The notes below the pieces were generated by a model. It searched no databases and was not told where the DNA came from. It saw only the letters and a program-made list of their open reading frames with translations. The position numbers and the translations under genes are program-made. DNA of 52,957 bases, filler included, from a bacterium (GTDB lineage: Bacteria > CLD3 > SB21), in the NCBI GenBank assembly GCA_013360215.1. It is 4 parts of 4 records of this genome, joined end to end, with 100 filler letters (N's around TTAATTAATTAA, not from the genome) between each part and the next. Parts side by side here need not be neighbours in the genome. Positions count along the whole stretch, not along the records: positions 33,058 to 52,957 come from JABWCP010000002.1; 3 more parts are not named here. The stretch is one strand, 5' to 3'. Of the stretch, positions 48,516 through 52,957 are shown piece after piece (position 1 is the first letter of the stretch; each line of letters begins with the position of its first letter).

Positions 48516-49668
48516 AAGCATTTTTGTTTTTTTCTACTATCCGCTGAAGCGCCTTCATCACTGATGGAATATCTTGTTCAGAATTCAAACGCCCGAATGT
48601 GAAACGCACCGCACTCCCGTAAAATTCAGGACCTAACCCCATCGCCTTGAGCACATGCGACCCGCTTACGGCACCGGATGTGCAAGCCGATCCCGTAGAA
48701 ACGGAAATACCTTCCAAATCCAACATCATAGCTATTTCATCCCCTCCGATCCCGGGAAACGAAATATTAAAATGCCCCGGCAATCGTTTTTCAGGATGAC
48801 CGTTCAATCGGGCTTGCGGTGCAATATCTTGCAGAGTTTTCCAAAATACTGTCATTAGTTTGTTCAGACGTTCTGATTCACCGGACATACTGTCTTTACA
48901 GATCTCTGCGGCTTTGCCAAATCCGACGATACCCGGCACATTTTCCGTGCCTGCACGTTGCCCACGCTCTTGTGAACCACCTTCGATAAATGAAGGTATT
49001 TTTATGCCACGCCGGATATAAAGACAGCCCACACCTTTGGGGCCGTATATTTTATGCGCGGAGACAGATAACAAATCCACAGGTAAATTTTTTACATCGA
49101 ACGGTATTTTTCCAAAACTTTGCACCGCATCGGTATGGAAAAGAATTTGATGCGATTTGGCTAATGCGCTTATTTCTTCGATCGGATTGATCGTACCTAC
49201 TTCATTATTGATGTGGATGACAGATATGAATACGGTATCGGGACGAATGGCCTGTGCTATAGTTTCTGCGGACACGTATCCGAACTGATCGCATGGAACA
49301 TAGGACACAGCATAACCCGATTTTTCCAACGATTCGAACGTATGCAGGACGGCATGGTGTTCCGTTCGTGTCGTAATAATATGTTTACCCTTGGCGCTCA
49401 TTGACTTTACTGCGCCGACAATGGCCATATTGTCGGATTCGGAGCCGCCGCCGGTAAAAACAATCTCTGAAGGTTGTGCCTTTATTACCGACGCAACTTT
49501 TTCGCGGGCGTCTTCGATAGCCACTTTTGCCGAACGTCCTAGTCCGTAAATACTGGATGGATTACCGAATTCTTCGGTGAAAAAAGGGAGCATCGCATCA
49601 ACGACCCGCTTGTCTACCGGTGTTGTCGCGCTGTGATCCAGATAGATACGTGCGTTGGTTTTTTGCAT
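48505..49668 (-). CDS. iscS: Cysteine desulfurase (IscS/NifS group I)
   Basis: YLDHSATTP, GNPSS, HTDAVQ, SAHK.YGPKG and STGSAC motifs. Confidence 0.93.
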   Translation of the reverse strand: MQKTNARIYLDHSATTPVDKRVVDAMLPFFTEEFGNPSSIYGLGRSAKVAIEDAREKVASVIKAQPSEIVFTGGGSESDNMAIVGAVKSMSAKGKHIITTRTEHHAVLHTFESLEKSGYAVSYVPCDQFGYVSAETIAQAIRPDTVFISVIHINNEVGTINPIEEISALAKSHQILFHTDAVQSFGKIPFDVKNLPVDLLSVSAHKIYGPKGVGCLYIRRGIKIPSFIEGGSQERGQRAGTENVPGIVGFGKAAEICKDSMSGESERLNKLMTVFWKTLQDIAPQARLNGHPEKRLPGHFNISFPGIGGDEIAMMLDLEGISVSTGSACTSGAVSGSHVLKAMGLGPEFYGSAVRFTFGRLNSEQDIPSVMKALQRIVEKNKNASIL

Positions 49669-49669
49669 A

Positions 49670-50806
49670 TTATTTGTGAATGTGAATACGCGGTACACGC
49701 GCGTTGATCATACAGGTAATTTCGTAAGGAATCGAACCGATTTTTTCAGCTAACTCCATCGCCGTAATTTCTTCATTGCCCGAACGCCCGATCAGAATGA
49801 CTTCATCCCCTATTTCAACACGATCATCGCCGATATTGACCATCAACTGATCCATGCACACCGCACCGACCACAGGATACCTTTTACCGCGAATCAACAC
49901 ATCGGCTTTATTCGTCAAAAGACGTGTATATCCGTCGCCGTATCCGATCGGAACCGTAACGATATTGCAATCCTGAGGCGTTATATACTTGTGGCCGTAG
50001 CTGATGCCCGTACCGGCCGGCACACGTTTGATAAAAACAACTTTAGATTTTAAAGAAAGCGCCGGCTGAAGCTGTATATCGCGACGAACAAAACGCGAAG
50101 GATACATGCCGTATAACGAAATGCCCGGACGCACCATGTCCACGTACGTAGAATCAAGGTTCATCACGGCCCCGCTATTGGCAATGTGCTTGATTGGGAT
50201 TTCAATACCTAATTTTTTCAATGCATCTATGATTTCGCAATATCGTTCAAACTGCGTATGCGCAAAAGAAAGGTTTTCTTCATCCGCCGTCGCAAAATGA
50301 GAATAGAGACCTACAATCTCAATATTCGGAAGCATGGCCACACGTCGTACGAACTCTACCGCTTGTTTGTATGTCACACCGATTCGTTCCATGCCGGTAT
50401 CTATTTTAAGATGAACCCGCGCTTTTTGATTTTTAATTTCGTCGTTGATATGATACGCCAGTTCCAAAGAAGAAACAGTGATTTCGAGATCGTTTTGAAC
50501 AAATTTTTTCACCTGGTAACCTAGAATACCGCCCATCACCAGGATAGGCGCTTCAATATCTTCTTGCCGTAAAAAAAGCGCCTCCTCGAGAAAGCCCACA
50601 CCTATGTAGTCCGCCCCGCTCCGCACGGCTTTTTGCGTCACTTCGCAGATACCGTGACCGTAAGCGTTAGCCTTGACGATAGCCATGATTTTTCGGCTGC
50701 CGACCCGGGTTCTGATCTGTGCCATATTGTGTGCGATCGCTGCCAAATCAATCACCGCATGGGTCGGGCGAATTTCTTTTAGTATATTGTGGTATATCGT
50801 ATCCAT
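49670..50806 (-). CDS. alr: Alanine racemase
   Basis: AIVKANAYGHG, HLKIDTGM.R.G, SHFATAD and GYGDGY motifs. Confidence 0.96.
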   Translation of the reverse strand: MDTIYHNILKEIRPTHAVIDLAAIAHNMAQIRTRVGSRKIMAIVKANAYGHGICEVTQKAVRSGADYIGVGFLEEALFLRQEDIEAPILVMGGILGYQVKKFVQNDLEITVSSLELAYHINDEIKNQKARVHLKIDTGMERIGVTYKQAVEFVRRVAMLPNIEIVGLYSHFATADEENLSFAHTQFERYCEIIDALKKLGIEIPIKHIANSGAVMNLDSTYVDMVRPGISLYGMYPSRFVRRDIQLQPALSLKSKVVFIKRVPAGTGISYGHKYITPQDCNIVTVPIGYGDGYTRLLTNKADVLIRGKRYPVVGAVCMDQLMVNIGDDRVEIGDEVILIGRSGNEEITAMELAEKIGSIPYEITCMINARVPRIHIHK

Positions 50807-50809
50807 TGT

Positions 50810-51634
50810 TTAACCGATCTGGCCGACTACATCCGTTATCAATTGCTGAAACTGTGTTTTGACACGGTTGGCCGTTTCCGTCACTTCTTCATGACTCAGT
50901 TTGGTCTGACTGATACCCGTACCCAGATTGGTAATACAACTGATACCCAGCACGCGCATATTCTGATGTTTTGCGACGATCACTTCCGGCACCGTGGACA
51001 TACCGACAGCATCGGCTCCGATTTTTTGGAACATTTTCACTTCCGCTCGTGTTTCGTATGTCGGCCCGGACCCCGCACAATAGACACCGCGTTGGGTACG
51101 AACACCCAACTTCAACGCTGTTTTTTCGGCTATAGATATATATTCACGATCGTATTCGCTCTCCATATCCGGAAATCGCGGCCCTATCGTTTCATCGTTG
51201 GGGCCTTGAAGCGGATTGGCAAAGAAAAAATTGATATGACTTGTAATGAACATCAGATCACCCGGCTGAAAAAGCGGATTGACTCCGCCGGCCGCATTGG
51301 TAACGATCAGCGAACGAATTCCCAGCATTCCCATCAAACGCACGACATACGTTACTTGCGCCATCGTGTAACCTTCGTAATAATGCACGCGTCCCTTTAC
51401 GGCTAATACGTGTTTACCGTTTAATGTGCCGAAAACCAATTTCCCGTCGTGCCCCTCGACTGTGGATTTGGCATAGTGCGGTATGTCGGCCGTTGAAATC
51501 ACCGTTTTATTTTCAAAACGATCCGCCAGATCACCGAGACCGGAGCCGAGAATAATGCCGATCGTCGGTTGCATCGTCGTTTTTGAACGAATCATGGCGA
51601 TGGACTCTTCCATCATTTTTTTTAATTCATGCAT
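50810..51634 (-). CDS. punA: Purine-nucleoside phosphorylase (trimeric type)
   Basis: ILGSGLG, GRVHYYEG, TNAAGG, GPTYET and GADAVGMSTVPE motifs. Confidence 0.93.
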   Translation of the reverse strand: MHELKKMMEESIAMIRSKTTMQPTIGIILGSGLGDLADRFENKTVISTADIPHYAKSTVEGHDGKLVFGTLNGKHVLAVKGRVHYYEGYTMAQVTYVVRLMGMLGIRSLIVTNAAGGVNPLFQPGDLMFITSHINFFFANPLQGPNDETIGPRFPDMESEYDREYISIAEKTALKLGVRTQRGVYCAGSGPTYETRAEVKMFQKIGADAVGMSTVPEVIVAKHQNMRVLGISCITNLGTGISQTKLSHEEVTETANRVKTQFQQLITDVVGQIG

Positions 51635-51684
51635 ACGAACCTCTTTTGCAATCGTGGTACGCCATCATTTAACAAACCTATTAT

Positions 51685-52281
51685 TTATACCGATACCCGT
51701 CCCTCGAGCGCACGCGTCAATGTCGTCATATCGGCAAATTCCAAATCGCTACCGATCGGTATTCCTCGGGCAATCCGCGTCAACCGCACAGATTTACCCT
51801 GCATCTTTTCGGCCACAAACATCACCGTCGCATCGCCGGGTACGGTCGGATTGATCGCTAATATCATTTCACGCACTTCGTTTTCGGAGCGCTGTATCAG
51901 TTCGCGAATGCGTAAATCATCAGGGCCGACACCTTCTAAGGGATTGAGCAAGCCGCCCAATACATGATACACACCACGAAACATATCCGTTCGTTCGATA
52001 GCCAATACATCATTGGCTTCTTCGACGACACAGATCACACCGTGATCACGGCGCGGATTGGCACAAATCGGGCAAGGGTTGTGTTCCGTTACATTGAAGC
52101 ATGTCGTGCAGCGGCCGATCTTTTCTTTCATGTCCAGCAAGGCCTGCGAGAGCATAACCACTTCGTCTTTAGGTTGTTTGAGCAGATGAAAAACCAGGCG
52201 TTGCGCGGTTTTACGACCGATACCGGGCAACTTGGAAAATTCTTTGATCAAACGTTCGATGGTTTCTGACGTGTATTGCAT
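51685..52281 (-). CDS. recR: Recombination mediator RecR
   Basis: LPGIGRKTAQRL, C..C...C..C zinc finger, YHVLGG and Toprim domain. Confidence 0.97.
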   Translation of the reverse strand: MQYTSETIERLIKEFSKLPGIGRKTAQRLVFHLLKQPKDEVVMLSQALLDMKEKIGRCTTCFNVTEHNPCPICANPRRDHGVICVVEEANDVLAIERTDMFRGVYHVLGGLLNPLEGVGPDDLRIRELIQRSENEVREMILAINPTVPGDATVMFVAEKMQGKSVRLTRIARGIPIGSDLEFADMTTLTRALEGRVSV

Positions 52282-52287
52282 GATCTT

Positions 52288-52614
52288 TTATTTTTTTGGC
52301 ATTTTCATGCCCGGCATCATGCCACCGGTGATTTTGCTGATTTCCGCATTGGACATCTCGTCGGCTTTTTGTACCGCATTATGAATCGCCGATAAAATCA
52401 TATCTTCGAGGAGCCCTACATCATCGGGATTGACGGCCTCTTTTTGTATTTTTACGGACAATACTTTGCCGTTTCCGTTGACGGTCACCGTAACCATACC
52501 GCCGCCGGAAGTACCCTCGACATTAACCTGTTCGAGTTCCGATTGGCGGCTTTCCAATTGTTTTTGCATTTTCTGCGCTTCTTTCATCAGACTCTGCATA
52601 TCAAATCCACGCAT
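52288..52614 (-). CDS. ybaB: YbaB/EbfC nucleoid-associated protein
   Basis: MKEAQKMQ...GTSGGGMVTV...DD..LLEDMI..A pattern; upstream of recR. Confidence 0.95.
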   Translation of the reverse strand: MRGFDMQSLMKEAQKMQKQLESRQSELEQVNVEGTSGGGMVTVTVNGNGKVLSVKIQKEAVNPDDVGLLEDMILSAIHNAVQKADEMSNAEISKITGGMMPGMKMPKK

Positions 52615-52631
52615 ACGATCTCCATAAATGA

Positions 52632-52957
52632 TTAAGATGTAGTAAGGGTGTCTTTATTGGTTATGTCTATCAATTCGCAATCCAAAAGTTCGATCATGCG
52701 TTTGAGCGGCATTTCCGCTTCTTTATCACGCACATATTTGAATAAATCCGAGCGCACCTGCACACTGATCTGTGCTTCGTTGCCGTCCGGTTTTACATCG
52801 GTCTCGGCAAACGCTTCGTGTGCCGCATCCAACGTCGGATAATGATCAAAGAAATTTTCGGCGGGCGACGGCTCAGGTACCGGCTCATCTTGATAGGCTA
52901 CGCGCTCTACCGGGCGAATGATTTTTTCCGGCTCGAGAACCAAACGAACACGTTTTG
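52632..52957 (-). CDS. dnaX: Probable C-terminus of DNA polymerase III subunit gamma/tau (runs off window end)
   Basis: Frame open to the window end; Pro/acidic linker then LKRMIELLDCELI; call rests mainly on conserved dnaX-ybaB-recR synteny. Confidence 0.6.
   Translation of the reverse strand, partial: KRVRLVLEPEKIIRPVERVAYQDEPVPEPSPAENFFDHYPTLDAAHEAFAETDVKPDGNEAQISVQVRSDLFKYVRDKEAEMPLKRMIELLDCELIDITNKDTLTTS

Noticed and set aside
43675-51406. Long opposite-strand ORFs 43675-44445, 46332-46946 and 50789-51406
   Set aside because: They overlap well-supported genes (cyclase, LeuA-like enzyme, punA) and read as antisense shadows

Overview
Bacterial draft or metagenome-assembled DNA. It consists of four contig pieces joined by artificial 100-nt linkers (N44-TTAATTAATTAA-N44 at 11965-12064, 23457-23556 and 32958-33057), so adjacency across linkers means nothing. 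The organism looks FCB-superphylum-like (inference from secY followed directly by map, a hybrid two-component regulator and NYPNPFNP-type C-terminal secretion domains). Contig 1 carries the 3' end of tuf and the S10-spc ribosomal protein cluster through secY and a partial map; L4, L23, L29, L5 and L30 have insertions or extensions. Contig 2 (12065-23456) starts and ends with the same 83 bp of rpe: a stop-truncated rpe remnant on the left, and a promoter plus rpe 5' end on the right. Between them lie a hybrid two-component sensor/AraC regulator, a 1.3-kaa beta-helix secreted protein, a TPR lipoprotein and an orphan secreted protein, with no integrase. Contig 3 carries DUF3047, a radical SAM enzyme, yggX, DUF2914, an AT-rich pair of secreted LRR-like genes, rplU-rpmA, mdh, an outer-membrane beta-barrel and an AT-rich stretch without standard ORFs. 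Contig 4 carries pepT (partial), glgP, a thiO-like/DUF4149/hpnCDE/bcp operon, an operon of Ser/Thr kinase-PEGA, tandem TssQ-like lipoprotein and FHA-GAF-adenylate cyclase, a LeuA-like enzyme, an S8 protease and dnaX-ybaB-recR-punA-alr-iscS. The best candidates for something new are the kinase/lipoprotein/cyclase module and the rpe-bounded element. All family calls are by eye, without database searches.
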